The translations under genes and the position numbers were made by a program. Positions 1 to 14,089 of a DNA stretch of 64,000 nucleotides are shown one piece after another. Within the stretch, counting starts at the first letter, position 1; the number at the start of each line of letters is the position of its first letter. The notes below the pieces were generated by a model. The model saw only the letters and a program-made list of their open reading frames with translations. It was not told the DNA's origin and ran no database searches. Origin of the DNA: Dendrobates tinctorius (lineage: Eukaryota); NCBI RefSeq assembly GCF_039654945.1, contig NW_027361771.1, positions 2,480,001 through 2,544,000 of the forward strand, given 5' to 3'.

Positions 1-860
1 TGGTTGAATTGGGGAGGTGAGAGTTTAGTGAGGCGAAGAGAAATTTGAGAGTTACACTAATCAACAATTAAGAGAAATTATCTCCTGTCAGAAAAGGTCA
101 AATTCTGGAGATTTTTCTGTGTTTTTAGTGACATGACCAAGTAAATGATTGGATGTAGTAGTGAAGGGCATGCTGTCTAGTAATTATGATAGTATAACAC
201 ACGGAAATTGACATATCAAGTTTAGGGTATGTGCACACGTTGCGGATTTGGCAATGGATGTACAGTACCATGTAAACCTATGGAAAACAAAATCCACATG
301 CTGCGGAAAATTCTGCGCGGAAAGGCAGCGGTTTATTTTCCGCAGCATGTCAATTCTTTGTGCGGAATCCGCAGCGTTTTTACACCTGCTCCATTATAGG
401 AATCCACAGGTGTAAAAATGCAGGTGAAATCCGCAGCATGTCAATTCTTTGTGCGGAATCCTCAGCGTTTTTACACCTCTTCCATTATAGGAATCCGCAG
501 GTGTAAAAATGCAGGTGAAATCCGCACAAAATCTGCAGAAAATCAGCACTAAATCCGCAGGTAAAACGCAGGTCATTTTACCACGTGGGAAAAATGCGCT
601 GCCAAATCCGCAACGTGTGCACATACCCTAAGGCGGATGAATAGAGGGTGGAAACACAAGAAATTCAATTTTTAAAAGAGATCATGATAGCCTGGTGTTT
701 TGTAATATTGTTCACTGATGTTAGCAGAAGTATATAATTGGGTATCATCAGCATAGAGTACTGAAAGCCAAATCTGCTGATGCTTTGTCTAATATGGGAT
801 GTGTAGAAAGAGCATGAAGGACCCCAACAGTAAGGGAAAAGAGAAGAGACGCCAGTTGTG
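1..860 (-). mobile_element. Degraded L2 (CR1/L2 clade) LINE fragments, interrupted by a MITE
   Basis: Bases ~735-850 (aattgggtatcatcagcatagag...ggaccccaacagtaaggg) resemble the YADDTQ/GVPQG region of the L2 at 28030-28160; ~150-170 (gtagtagtgaagggcatgctg) resembles L2 RT sequence. Confidence 0.6.
225..628. mobile_element. Harbinger-type palindromic MITE (TGCGGA-rich family)
   Basis: TIRs GGGTATGTGCACACGTTGCGGATTTGGCA / TGCCAAATCCGCAACGTGTGCACATACCC; TTA/TAA flanks; internal ~77-bp duplication. Confidence 0.8.
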
Positions 861-1945
861 CCATATTTGCAGCCATATATAAAGTATGTGTGAACAGTGC
901 TGCCTTCCTGCAGACCTGTTTTAGTGATTTGCTAACCTACATATCTCTATGTGCAAATATCTTGTCTGGTTCTTAAAGTGGAAGGATAGATCTGTAGATA
1001 TTGCAATGGCTATTTAAGGGTCACGGTACCCTTGTTACAGGGGCAAGGTTCACAATATGATCACATTGGCATACTTTGCACACAATGGTATTACCTTGTT
1101 CTCTGCTGAGTCGCCCCTGTGATGTCAAGCACTTGACATGAGTCTTCTCGCTTTTGTTCTGCAGACGTAAGCCTCTTTAATGGCCCTGCTTTTCCTCCTT
1201 GGACAGTTTTTTTTTCTCTTCCTCCTCCTCCCAGCTCTAGTTAATATTTTACTGCTGTGTCTGTTCTGCCTTCATAGAAAGCTGTATTAGGAAAAGGTCT
1301 GTTGATCAGTCAGGAACAACCAATCACCTGCAGAGATGGACTTTTGCTTTGCAATATAAAATCAGTTTCGGCAGTTGCTATTGGGTGATGCCAGGTGTCT
1401 GGTGCTTTGCTTGCAAATCCTGCCATTCTGTTATGAAGTGCTGCTGTCTCAGCATGAGAGCTGTGTTTGCGTGATGATGTATGTGCAACCATAGACATAT
1501 CATCATAGGTTGTTTTTCTTCCCTCCACACCATTGCAATTGTATATTTGTAATACTTAAGCACTGGTGATTAACTCAATGCAGGGTGATTTATTTGGGCG
1601 TAGTATGACTTCATATTGCTGTTATTAATTCTATCATTATGTAACATACTTAAGTTTTAGAGAAATGTCACTCTAGTTCTAAACATTGTCGCCTTATGGC
1701 GGATAAAAGAGCATCTTTCCTAACTAAAAGCGATTGGGTAGTTTTTCTTAATCTAATATCATTATAATCATTTTTAATTACAATACTTCTCCTTTCCTGA
1801 GTGTTTTTTTTTACTTTTTTTGCCTTCTATCTCAGGATTTCTCAGCATATACAGTACATGAGAAAATAGTAAAAATATCTTAAAGTTAGTTTAAATACAA
1901 CCTGAATAAGAAGACATGACAAATTATACTGTGTAGAGGGTAATG

Positions 1946-4465
1946 GTAATAATAATAATTTTATTTCTATAGTGCCAACATATTCCGCAGCACTTTACAT
2001 TATAGAGGTGACTTGTACAGACAATAGACATTACAGCATACCAATAAACACATAGATCAAAACAGATACCAAGAAGAATGAGGGCCCTGCTCGCAAGCTT
2101 ACAATCTATAAGGAAAAAGGGGAGACACAAAAGGTGGATGGTAACAAATGCTTTTATTGTTCGGACCAGCCATGGTGAAAGAATCAGGTGTTTCTGTGAT
2201 GCTGCATGAACCAGTTAAGTCTAAATATGTATAAGTACAGACACAGAGGGCTATTAAATGCATAAAGCATGCGAGAACATGATGCGAGGAACCTGGTTAT
2301 CCACACAGGGATATTTAGGTTAATGAGGCGGTAGGCCAGTGCAAACAAATGCGTTTTTAGGGCACGCTTAAAACTGTGGGGATTGGGGATTAATTGTATT
2401 AACCTTGGTATTGCATTCCAAAGAATTGGTGCAGCACGTGAAAAGTCTTGGAGACAGGAGTGGGAGGTTCTGATTATTGAGGATGTTAACCTCAGGTCAT
2501 TAGCAGGACGGAGGGCACGGGTAGGGTGGTAGACTGAAACGAGGGAGATGTAGGGTGGTGCTGAGCCATGGAGTGCTTTGTGGGTGAGGGTAATAGGTTT
2601 ATACTGAATTCTGGAGTGAATGGGTAACCAGTGTAAGGACTGGTACAAGGTAGAGGCATCGGTATGACGATTGGTGAGGAATATGATCCTGGCTGCATCA
2701 TTCAGGACAGATTGAGGAGGGGAGAGTTTGGTAAGAGGGAGACCGATTAGTAGAGAGTTACGATAGTTCAAACGATACGATAGTTCCTCTCTGAAGAGAC
2801 AATTTGCATAATTAGGATAGTTGCAAATGAGAATGAATAAGAGAAACAGTAAGAGTTTTTGCGGAGTTAAAAGTAAGAAAAAGTCAAATTCTAGAAATGT
2901 TTTTGAGGTGCAGATAAGAGCGAGCTAGTGATCGGATGTGGGGGGTGAATGAAAGCTCGGAATCAAGTATGACCCCAAGACAGCGGGCATGTTGCTGTGG
3001 AGTAATGGTGGAACCACACGTGGAAATGGCAATGTCGGGCATAGGTAGGTTAGTAGAGGGAGGAAACACGAGGAGTTCAGTTTTAGACAGGTTCAGTTTC
3101 AGATAGAGGGAGGAGATGATGTTAGAAACAGTGGTGTTTTCCAAAAAGGCAGGCGTGATATCAGAAGAAGTGTAGAATTGGGTGTCGTCAGCATAGAGAT
3201 TCTACTGGAACCCAAATTTACTGATTGCTTTACCAATAGGGGCAGTATACAAAGAGAAGAGGGCCTAGAACCAATCCTTGAGGAACCCCAACAGTAAGGG
3301 GAAGATGAGAGGAGGAGGAGCCAGCAAAAGATAGAGTGAAAGAGATTGGAGGAGAACCAGGAGAGAACAGTGTCCTTGAGGCCGATGGAGCAGAGCATAG
3401 TGAGGAGGAGCTGATGATCCACAGTGTCGAATGCTGCGGAGAGTTCGAAGAGAATTAGCATGGAGTAGTGACCATTAGATTTAGCTGATAGAAGATCATT
3501 AGAGACTTTAGTGAAGGCAGTTTCAGTAGAGTGTAGAGAGCGGAAGCCAGATTGTAGAGGGTTGAGAAGAGAGTTATCTGAGAGATAGCGGATAAATTGG
3601 GCGTGGACCAGGTGTTCTAGGAGTTTAGAGATGAAGGGAAGATTAGAGACAGGTCTATAGTTAGCGGCACAGTTTTGGTCGAGGGATGGTTTTTAAGTAA
3701 TGGCTGTATGATGGCATACTTAAATGAGGAAGGAAATATACCAGAAGAGAGTTAGGTGAGTGGTGACTGACAGCAGGGGAAAGGGACTGGAGGAGATGTG
3801 ATGGAATGGGGTCACTAGTGCAAGTAGGGCGAGAAGATGCAAGGAACCTGATTACTTCTTCTGTTACTGGCTCAAAATCAGAGAATGAGCTAAATGCATT
3901 GGGGGAGGTTAGGACAGTGCATGGTATGAGGTGATTGGGAGATAATTTTCTTTCGGACATGGTCAATTTTTTCTTTGAAATAATTGGCCAGATCGTCAGC
4001 GTGGAGATCCATGGTTGGGTTGCACTCTTGGGTTGAGTAGGTAAGGAAAAGTGTCAAATAGACATTTCGGGTTATTGGATAGTGAGGTGATGAGCATGTT
4101 GAAATAGGTTTGTTTTGAGAGGTGAAGAGCAGTGTTGTATATTTTAAGCATAAACTTATAATGGATGAAATCTTCGAGTAAATTTGATTTTCTCCACAGA
4201 CATTCGGCACCACCTGGAGCACCGCTGTAGGAAGCGTGTTTGCAGCGTGTGCCAGGGTTGTCGCTGTCTGTGCCTAGTTGTTCTATGTATAGGAGGTGCA
4301 GTTTCATCCAGGGCACTTTGAATTGTTTCATTGTAATGCTTCAGTGCAGAATCACGATATGAGAGGGAGGAGATAGAGCCACTGATTGCAAGTTCTTCAT
4401 AAATTTCTGGGTGTTAAAGGCCTGTATGTCTCTAAAAGTGTGGAAAGTGGGGGTGACCTGCGCGG
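1946..4465 (-). mobile_element. L2 LINE, 5'-truncated, frameshifted ORF2
   Basis: RT fragments [34 protein letters not shown] in several frames; (AAT)n tail near 1946; same family as 26840-28563. Confidence 0.92.
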
Positions 4466-4669
4466 AATTAAACTGGTTAAACTGGCAACATCAAAGAATA
4501 GTGGCCACAGAGCTGATTTAAAATGTAGTTAATTTTTTAATTTTTTTGCGGCAGAGATATTAGCTTGTGAAATACTGTATTTTTTGGACTTTAAGATGCA
4601 CCTAGGTTTTAGAGGAGGAAATTGGAAAAAGAAATTGAAGCAAAAAATGTGGTCAATTCTGTACTAACA

Positions 4670-5250
4670 TCCCCTCTCCTAGTATATATGGTCCCCTCAT
4701 CCCCATCCTGGTATGCATGACCCCTTCATCGCTAACCTGTTTTGCATGACCCTTTCATCCCTACTCTTGTGTGCATGGCCCTATCATCCCTAGACTGGTA
4801 TGCATGGCCTCCTCATTCCTATCCTGGAATGCATGGTTCCCTCATCCCCATCCTGATATGCATGACCTCCTCATCCCTATCCTGGTATGCTTGACCCCCT
4901 CGTCCCCATCCTGATATGCATGACCTCCTCATTCCTGTCCTGGTATGCATGGCCTTGTCATCCCTATCCTGGTATGCCTGGCCTCCTCATCCCTATCCTG
5001 GTATGCACGGACACCTCATCCCTATCCTGATATACATGGTCCCCTCATCCCCATCCTGATATGCATGGCCCCCTCATCCCTATCCTGATATACATGGCCC
5101 CCTCATCCCCATCCTGGTATGCATGGCCCCCTCATCTCCATCCTGGTATGCATGGCCCCCTCATCCCTATCCTGATATACATGGTCCCCTCATTCCTATC
5201 CTGGTATGCATGGCCCCCATCCCTATCCTGGTATGCATGGCTCTTTCATC
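4670..5250. repeat. ~28-bp minisatellite (ccctcatccctatcctggtatgcatggc)n, about 20 copies
   Basis: Directly visible tandem array; accounts for the repetitive ORFs at 5061-5401. Confidence 0.9.
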
Positions 5251-5579
5251 CACCTCGTGTATTTTTTTTCCCTGTATGATGCTGCCCAATCATAAGCTGG
5301 CAACAACATACAATGGAAGAAAGAACATGCCCCCACAAGAGGTTAGAGCAGGCTTTCTCCTGTGTGAGATATGTAATAACAGTCTGCTCTTCTCACTGTA
5401 GAGTGATTCCATGTTTTGGGAATAGAGCAGAGATTATGCCAGTTCTGTGTTTCTTCTGTTAAAAACTGTTCTTTATTAACCTTCACGCTAAATGAAAAAC
5501 CTCTCAAACACATGTAAAATCGCAGTGAGAAGATGAGACTAAAGTGGAAAAGTTTAGCCATAAAGCCCTGCACCTTTTT

Positions 5580-5850
5580 TTGGTGAAAGCCCAGCAAAAC
5601 GTATCAGCACAAAAACTCATGCCGACTGTCAAGCACCGTGGTGGAAGGGTCATCATTTGTGCATTACTTGCAGTCACCTGGGCACCTTACAGGCATTGTG
5701 ATGACCATAAATTACTCCGTGTACCTAAGTATTTCAGAGTTATTTGTAAGTCGTCTAACCTAAAACTTATCTGAAACTGGGTCATACAACTGAACAGATA
5801 ACAAGCTCCGCAGCAGATCTGCATCATAATGGCTGAAAAAGTAAGATGTC
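5580..5850 (+). mobile_element. Degenerate Tc1 transposase fragment
   Basis: Translates MPTVKHRGGRVII, matching the Tc1 PTVKHGGG motif. Confidence 0.65.
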
Positions 5851-7946
5851 ACTGCTGTTAACCTCTATACTGACGTTATCAGTCTCTCACAGCAGCATTT
5901 CAGGCAACAGGCGCCCATTGCTCCCCGCTCTGCGATTTCTCATTGCTTAATCACTCTCTCGTGATGGTTCTTCTCAGTCACTGCAGCCTGCAGTCAGTTA
6001 AGTGGACAGTCTGTGAAGGGCAGCCAAGAAAGCTTGTGCTGATCCCTGACTACTGATGCTGAGACTATTGTGATGATCTTATAGCTAACCATAGAGGGCA
6101 ATACACAAGTACAATTAAAAGTGAAATATGACTAGGAAAGTAAAATAAATCCGATGTATTACAATAAGGCAAGCTTTTATTTGTTTGTTTTTTTAACATT
6201 TTTTATAGTTATTTTATAGAAACCACATGCAAACTTTTTTTTATTACATTTTACAATGTTAAACAATAATGCATATGGTAGTTCAGAATTATTTTCAAAA
6301 CTTACATTGCATTTAACCCGAACTATGGCACAGTAGACCTTATTGGGAAAGCTAATAAAAATAGTTGTTTTCTTTTCAGCAGCTTAAATTAGAAAAAAAA
6401 TAAGAGCTGGAGTATACTATTCTCTGCGCCTTTCGCCTGTACATTGTATTTTTTATATACGGCAATTTAATTTGCAATTTGATACCATTTGCAATTTGTA
6501 CATAAGTGCATTCATATTTTTTTTTCTTGTGAGGCTAAGAACTTACAGGCAGGGTGTTGCTAACTACTGCCTTTTCTGCGCTGTGCCAATCTCTGCCGCC
6601 AAGGAGAGGTCAGGCACCATGATTCTGCTGCTTTATTTAACCACACGTCAACAGAGCAGCTCTTGCACTTCCGGCTTATACTGTCGACGGGAGTGTCACT
6701 GCTGATGTCATGTAGATTGACAGCCGGCTCCCGTTGATTTCAGGTCAATAGAGCAGTGTCTTCTTTTTTGCTCTGATCTCTTGACAGGGCGTCCCTGGAG
6801 ATGTCATGTTGATTGACTGCCAGTTCCCGTTGACATTGCTTCAATAGAAGAGATTTTTTTTTTTTTTGCTCTGCTCTGTTGACTGGGTGTTTCTGGTAAT
6901 GTCATGCTGATTGACAGCCGTCTCCCATTGCCTAACTGCAGGTAGTTAGCAACTATCTGACTGTAAGTTCTTAGCACCATAAGAAATATATGCAAAAGTC
7001 CCGGATAACCATTTTCAGTTTTGTGATCAGTCCCATGACATCTTTTAATGATGTAATTGTCATGGAAGATTGGAAATGAGCTGCATTATAAAACAGAACT
7101 TCCTTAGTGATTAAATAGCCCTACGACCTTGGTTTTCTATGGCTTTCAATCAGTGTCTTGACGTTATTGCCTGAAGTGCGGTTTAGGCAGTGAATTCACG
7201 TGTGTGAATTACTGATCTAATAATCATATTGCTTCAATACTTATACCTTTCTTACTATACCACTTTGTAAGATTTTAAATCTAAGGCCATTGTGTGCTGC
7301 CCCCAACCACCTTGTCATAGGCGTGATTCTTTGTATTTGGTGTCTGCTTACATGTATTTTCCATGTCAAGGAGAAGTGGCACCGAATACTAATGATGTAG
7401 TATGTAGCCAATCACTGAGACACCCTATATATAAGCATGATAGTAGCTGTTGGCCTCCAGTAAGAATAAATGAGGTTAACTGGTGGCCATATTTGTATGG
7501 AAGTAGTAAAACATTTGGCGATTCAGCACCTTACATATGCTACTAAGGAAGAAGCCATATGAATGCATTGTCTCTTCCTTTCTGGAATGCAAGAGGGAAG
7601 AATAAATCCCCTATCCTCCCCATAGTCCTGAAGTGGGACTGGCACCTGTCAGTCATTTATGGCGTATACTTTTGATATGCCATAAACGTCTCAGATTGAA
7701 TTTTATTGCGGCCCTTGCGATAGAGTAGAAAGAATCATGAAATCATCATGCACCCGATGGAGTCATCTGTCGAGCAGTTTGTCACTTTCCTTCAGGTAGA
7801 ATTTATTCTGTGCGTAGTACGGTCCTTCCTTACAACCAGTCCTTATAGCTTATAAATAAACACAGTCCAGTGATTTTCTTTGGCAATGCACATGTATCAT
7901 ATGTCCAGATGGGAAGGTAAGGCTCATAGATCATCCTTGTTGGCTA

Positions 7947-8041
7947 TTAGACCTTAGGCTTTGGATCTACTCGGCGAGAACGGCTCTTCTTGTCACAACA
8001 GCAGAAGGAACAGATGATAATGATCATCAGTAGTACCATGC
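7947..8041 (-). CDS. SMIM5: SMIM5 coding exon 2 ((G)MVLLMIIIICSFCCCDKKSRSRRVDPKPKV*)
   Basis: Acceptor tttctcccccag at 8042+; phase-1 join with exon 1; end of TM helix followed by Cys cluster and basic tail, as in human SMIM5. Confidence 0.88.
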
Positions 8042-8148
8042 CTGGGGGAGAAACAGAGGTTCTAATTGGAACAGTGGCTTCATGGTATAGCGATTTATAG
8101 ACCGAATGCATTGATAAAGGGCAGAGTAGAAAGTGTGCACATGCTCAC

Positions 8149-8275
8149 CAATAAAGACCAGGATAATGGTGAAGGAAATTATCTCCACAGTGTCCGCCTC
8201 AGGTAACTGCTTTAATTTTATAAGAAGTCTGTCTGCTATATTCTGCATTTCTTCTTTTACACTCTGGTTACTCAT
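8149..8275 (-). CDS. SMIM5: SMIM5 coding exon 1 (MSNQSVKEEMQNIADRLLIKLKQLPEADTVEIISFTIILVFI)
   Basis: Resembles recalled human SMIM5 ([31 protein letters not shown]); donor G|gtgagc at 8148; upstream acceptor ctaac...ttccag at ~8306; nested antisense in RECQL5 as in human; spliced product 73 aa. Confidence 0.9.
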
Positions 8276-9619
8276 TGTGACAACTGGAATGACTGCAGTC
8301 TGTGCCTGGAATTGAGGGCAGGGTTAGTAAATGTTAAAGGGCTTCTCTTGGTGTTCACACATTTCAGCATCAGTAAAATAACATAGTTTGGAAAAAAAAC
8401 CATAAATTTATCATGTTCAACCTAGTAACCTGCAGTAGTGAGCGGCCATCATTTAATAGCCTGGTAACAAAGGCCAACCGTGCTTCCATGTGCACACAAC
8501 GATCAGCAGTAGATTATTCAGTGTGAGTATGCTGCCACTATTCTCAGCAGCATATCACCAGGATGATACCCTGTTAAGAACAATCATTTTAATCAGCCTT
8601 ACAAATCATTTCACTCAACATTTTGCTAGTTTGTCAGGCAATCTGCACTTTCTTATGTTCACTGTAACCAGCTAATGTAAATGCACGCTTAGACTAGACA
8701 GTCTTAAAATTGATTTATCAAAGTTGCAAAGAAAGGTTCCAGCACCAACAGTTGTAAAATCCTGATAGGCTCTATTATATATCCAAAAAGGTACCGTGTT
8801 TCCCCTTGCATACCAGCCTGTCTCTCCTTCAGTTCTTCTGGAGTCCCACAGTTAACGGATTTTTTTACATCATTATTACATGATTGTGACGTCACAAAAG
8901 GTCTTTAAGCAGTCTTATTCTCAGTATAGCAATGCTTTGGGACCCATAGTGCTGGCCATGGGTAATTGCCCAATTAGCTCCTTTCCCTTAACACCAGCCC
9001 TGACTCTGTAACTAATCTTATTTTTGGAGTTGGGCTTATATTTAAAACCTACTCCAAAAATCCTGTAATCCTGTAAAATTATCCTAGGGCTTATTTTCCA
9101 CTAAGCACGGTACATCATCTGACATGTTTTGGATCGCTGATTTTTATTTGTAGATTTAACAAGTGCTTCATGTAGACTGGCGATTGACTTGGTCTTCAGG
9201 GGAGATGGTCTAGGATAAATTTGTGTTCCTTTCTGAACTGTTGAGTCCTCCCGTTGCGTCAGGAGCTTTGGCATCTTGCTTGTTGCCTCTGCAACTTAAC
9301 CACCAAGTCTGTACCTCTTGTTATCGGCTGCCTGTTTTACAGTACAAGTAATTTATACAGCAATACATGCTTTAAAACGGCATTTTAATGGGAACTTGTC
9401 ACCTCATATTGACATGTAGAGAAAATGTATAGTAGACATCTTTAAAGGGGTTTTCGAAAAACCCCTATCTCCAGGCTCAGCTTGGTTTTTGTGTTTTTTT
9501 GTTTAAAAGCAAAAAAAACCCTTTGCTTTACTCACCTTCCCCAAGTCCAGCCCTGAGACTATCACAGAGCAGGTGCATTTATACAGAGACTTGATTACAC
9601 ACAGGTCGATTATATTTAT

Positions 9620-9916
9620 CATCATTAGTCGTTTAGGACAACATTGGATCATTCAGAGATCCACAATGAACTTCTGGAGTGAGTTTGCTGCACTGAAGGT
9701 AAAGGGGCTGAATAATATTGCACGCCCCACTTTTCAGTTTTTGTATTTCCACAAAAATTTAAAATAACCAATAAATTTTGTTCAACTTCACAATTGTGTC
9801 CCACTTGTTGTTGATTCTTCACCAAAAATTTACATTTGGTATCTTTATGTTTGAAGCATGATATGTGGGAAAAGGTTGAAAAGTTCCAGGGGGCCGATTA
9901 CTTTCACAAGGCACTG
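9620..9916. mobile_element. Tc1-type transposon terminal fragment
   Basis: Ends ...ctttcacaaggcactg|TA, with internal ggggctgaataatattgcacg DR-like motif. Confidence 0.6.
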
Positions 9917-11142
9917 TATATCTGCAGTGTTGCAGCCAATCAGTGAGCTCAGCTGCTCTGCCCAAGTAGACAGCATGAGCCGCTGAGCTGATGTATTACC
10001 TGCAGACAAGGTGACATAATTGCTGCAGACAATAACGGACACTAGGCTCATAGATTAGATGATAGGAGTCTACTGGGCTTTCTATCCTAATGAAGAGTCC
10101 GGTGTATTCATGAGTTAAGGAGGAGTTGCGCTCATGTGCTGTGATCACAGGTTTCCGGCACCTGCTTATTGCAACCATCATGGTCACAGACCTGGCTTCA
10201 GCAGAACTGCTGCTATGCTAGTTTTGGGAGATTTTAGAAGCAACTGACCAGAAGTGACATACGAGAAGATCAGTCAAAAAGCTGGAGGCTGAAAAGAGGT
10301 TGAAAGACTTTCCAATGATGGCGAATTTATGTACATCACAGAAATACTTTAAATGCAATTTTTAAATGTCTTACACCGAATGAAATACTGAGGAGTGACT
10401 GTCATTAGTTGGCTGTCAAAAGGTGCCAGGATCTTTGGTTTGGAAGGTGTGATAGATGACTTGCCAGAGTAGGGCAGAAGCTCTGTAGATGCATCCTTTG
10501 AATGGAAGGCCTCAAGCAATGCAAAAGTAATGCTTTGGTTAGAACCGTAGACGTTTCTGAAGAGAAGTATTGGGTGGCCATGCTGTAGAGGACTTTGTAA
10601 ATTATTGGCAAGCTATGAAATGTTTTCAGTTGACTACCAGTCTGAAAAACTGATGCAAAGCAAACCTTAACTTGGGCCATATGTCCAGATGTAAAGTATG
10701 GTTCACTAGCAATGCAGAGAGAACTCAGCCTGTAAACCACGTCCTGACATTAGATAGTACAGCACAAGTGGACAAACTTCCTCCAGCTTGTAATCAGTAG
10801 TAAAAAATGAAAACAAAACTTACTATATGCCATAAATGGACACTCGTCTGCATTAGTTTTCATCCATGGGCCCGATATGAGTGTATACTGCACATCTCTA
10901 CATGCTATATGGTGCAGTGCATCGGTGGGACTAAAGGCTGGGGTCAGTATTGTCACATTACTGCTTCAACCATATATATCAAATACCATAAAAAAGCCAT
11001 ACTTTTGTTGCCTTTTGTTTTCCATTTGTGTAATTGCATCCCTTGCTTTTACGATTCCGGTTTGATGTGAATGGGTGATATTCACTATGAAAACTTTCAT
11101 ATGAAAACATACTGTATATTGTTTCTGCATACACTGATTTAA

Positions 11143-11509
11143 AGAGGGACTGTCACCAGGTTAAAAGTTGGCAGTTTTTGCTCTTCATTAATTCCCACTG
11201 CTACCCTGAGTATTCAGATTTATAGAAATCCGCCATACAGTTCCGGAGTCTGGACCTTTGTGTTCAGTGCTAATTTTATGGTCTTTACCAAAGGTGGTAA
11301 TAATGCAGAGCAGTCTAAAGACACCCCCCTCCCATAGAATCCTGATAACCACACCTTCTTGACAAAATTCACATAAAATAAAAAGGCCCATATCTTCTGG
11401 ACTGGTGGATTAAAAAAAAAATAAGAAAAAAATACTCCGTGGAGCAGCTGAGCAGCTAGAATAAAGTAACGGCCAAAAGTGGTCACTTTTGATAAGTGAC
11501 AGGTCCTCT
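11143..11509. mobile_element. T2/Kolobok-type MITE
   Basis: TTAA|AGAGGGACTGTCAC ... GTGACAGGTCCTCT|TTAA. Confidence 0.75.
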
Positions 11510-12119
11510 TTAACCCTCTAACCTGCTGCATAACTAAGCATGATGGAGACCACCCTAATGAACAAGAGTAAAGAATACCACTTTAATTTCCTTCTGCGTT
11601 CTTAGTCCGCTGGGGGTAAAATCCTAGCATGAAATAGTGTCTTCCCCTATTGTTCACTGCCTGACCTTATTGTAGACTGTAATTAGTTTGCCTTTTAGTC
11701 CCAGGTGTTTATAGAGGCTGCTGACAACACTGTGGCTATGCTGTCTCCCTGTGAGCGGAGGATGTGACAATGCAAGCAGGAGACTGCTACTTCCCTGCAT
11801 GAGCATGGGGACAATGGGTTTCTGTTGTATTGTGACTACTGTCTATAGACTACTTTTAATGGTTCGTTATCACTGAAGGATACCTGAACCATTTACATTG
11901 GTAGTCTTATGTAGAAATTGATGATGCCAACACCAAGATGACCTAAGGACATTGTAAACGGAACACATTAATGGCCAAACATGTATAGCATTTTTTAAAA
12001 TACACATTCAGTAAACTCCATCTTAATATAATTTCTGAGATATAGTACAGTGTTTCAAACTATCTCTGAGGGTTAAAAGTTACAGTAGAGCAGGTTTAGT
12101 AAGATTTACCAAAAATTAA

Positions 12120-12622
12120 AGGGAACCTGTCACATGAAAAAATGCTATAAAGCTGCAGACACGGGGTTAATCTGCAGGTTAATAGTGTTCTGAACCTGCT
12201 TGGCGCCAACACTTAGACCCCCACTGCTGGAAAGAAATGAACTTTATTCCTCCTGGTAGCAGGTTTCAGTTACTTTGTCGGTGCCGAGACTGGTTCAGTC
12301 ACCGCTCAGTGTATAGTGAGTGGTGGCTGAAACTGCACTGCCGGCTCTGACTGACAGCTGGATCTAATGCTGAGCGAGCTGTCAGTCAATGCCAGGGTTG
12401 CGATTACAGCCACCGCTCACTATACACTGAGCAGTGACTGAACCTGCGCTGGCACCGCCCCTGTGACTGTAACCCGGAGGGATAAACTCGAAGGAATAAA
12501 GTTAATTTCTTCCCAGCATCTGCAGTCTAAGTGCTGATGCCTGGCAGGTTCAGAACGTTATTAGCCTGCAGATTAACCTATATCTGCAGTTTAATAGCGT
12601 ACTTTCACTTGACATGTTCCGT
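12120..12622. mobile_element. T2/Kolobok-type palindromic MITE
   Basis: TTAA|AGGGAACCTGTCA ... TGACATGTTCCGT|TTAA; long inverted arms across the element. Confidence 0.8.
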
Positions 12623-14089
12623 TTAAGGCTCTATAAGTACCTATTAAGCTTTTTTTTTATATGTTAATGGTAACATAAAAATTTTTGGTCAATCAGCTCA
12701 CATGTCTGGTGCACGGCAAAATGTCCTCTGTAGTGATCTAGGTAGATCCACGTAGGAGCAAGCACTTATAGTATTCATAATAAATTAAGTTTATTTTTTT
12801 GATTAAAAATATGAGTGCCACACAGCAGCAACAAGAGGGATTGTTTTATATTACTTGGGGCACATTCAGGTGATCACCGACTTAAAAGGGGTATTCTGAT
12901 CTTAGACATATCTCATCTTGGACATACCTCCAAGCATCTGCAATAAATGTTTCATAGATGCTATTTCCATATACCCTTCCTATCCTACCTGGTGCTGCGC
13001 ACACTGTATACATTCATTTCCTGCAGTTACATTTGCGCTCAAATGAGACTACTATGAGAAATGAGTATGGCCTAATTGATTGAGTCTAACTCACCCAATA
13101 TTTTGTGTCTACAGCTCCTGTGATCTGCACTGATATATTAGGAATGAGCATATATGCCTCGTAGTGTTAGATCATTGCCTAATTTAAAATTGAGAACATC
13201 TTTACCCTAAAGCATTTCTAGTGCAGCATCACAAGAAGCTTTACTGTGTTCTGGTGAGCAAAAACGGTTAGGTTGGTGCCTACTCAGAAAGTCCTGAGAC
13301 TTTGGCTCCAGTACAGAGATGGCAACCTGCCTCTGCAGGAAGCACCCTGGAACATAATGCACAGCCTACTAAAACCTCCTTGTAGCATGGGATACTCCGT
13401 GACTATCAATGTATTCCTGGATCTTCTGATGTTTTTTCCACTTGTGATAGATGTTAAAATGTTTTAATTCCTTTCATACTTTTTTAGGGGATATTTGAAC
13501 ATGTTTTATTACATTATGTCCATTACTTTTGTCAAAATGAATGCGTAAAAAAACATACCGTAATCGCATTGAGTAGATTTTATTTTTATTTATAAAAATT
13601 GTGAAGTTATAGGATTATTAAAGGGAATCTGTCAGCAGTTTTTTTGCTATCTCATTTCAGAGCAGCATGATGTAGGCAAAAAGACCCTTAATCCATTGAT
13701 GTATCACTTTTTTCTCGATACATCAGTTCTAACATAATCAGAGTTTTTAAATGTAGCAATGCTTGTAGAGCTGAGAACGATCTTGTGATGTAACTTGTGA
13801 CTCCCATCCAGTCAGAAGTTATGGCGCCGTGGGACTGGAGTGTCATCAGTAAAAGGTGAAGCTGCTGGAAGGTGAGTATAAGAATGGGGGCAAGGGGCTG
13901 ACATTTAAAGCGCCACTCTATTTCTGGAAAAACAAACAAAACACTGGCGTGGTGCTGTAAATGCCCCCAGTCTACGTCTGCATATCAATTTTTTCCCTGC
14001 ATAAACAGTGCATTTTTGTCCTTGACTTAGCTTGTGTCAGCCTTAGACATCTTGTATCATAATCCAAGAACAGTCCATGCTGTCATATA

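Noticed and set aside
4670-5401. Regular repeat array as CRISPR, or ORFs 5061/5123 as repeat proteins
   Set aside because: Head-to-tail minisatellite with no unique spacers in a vertebrate intron; the ORFs are by-products
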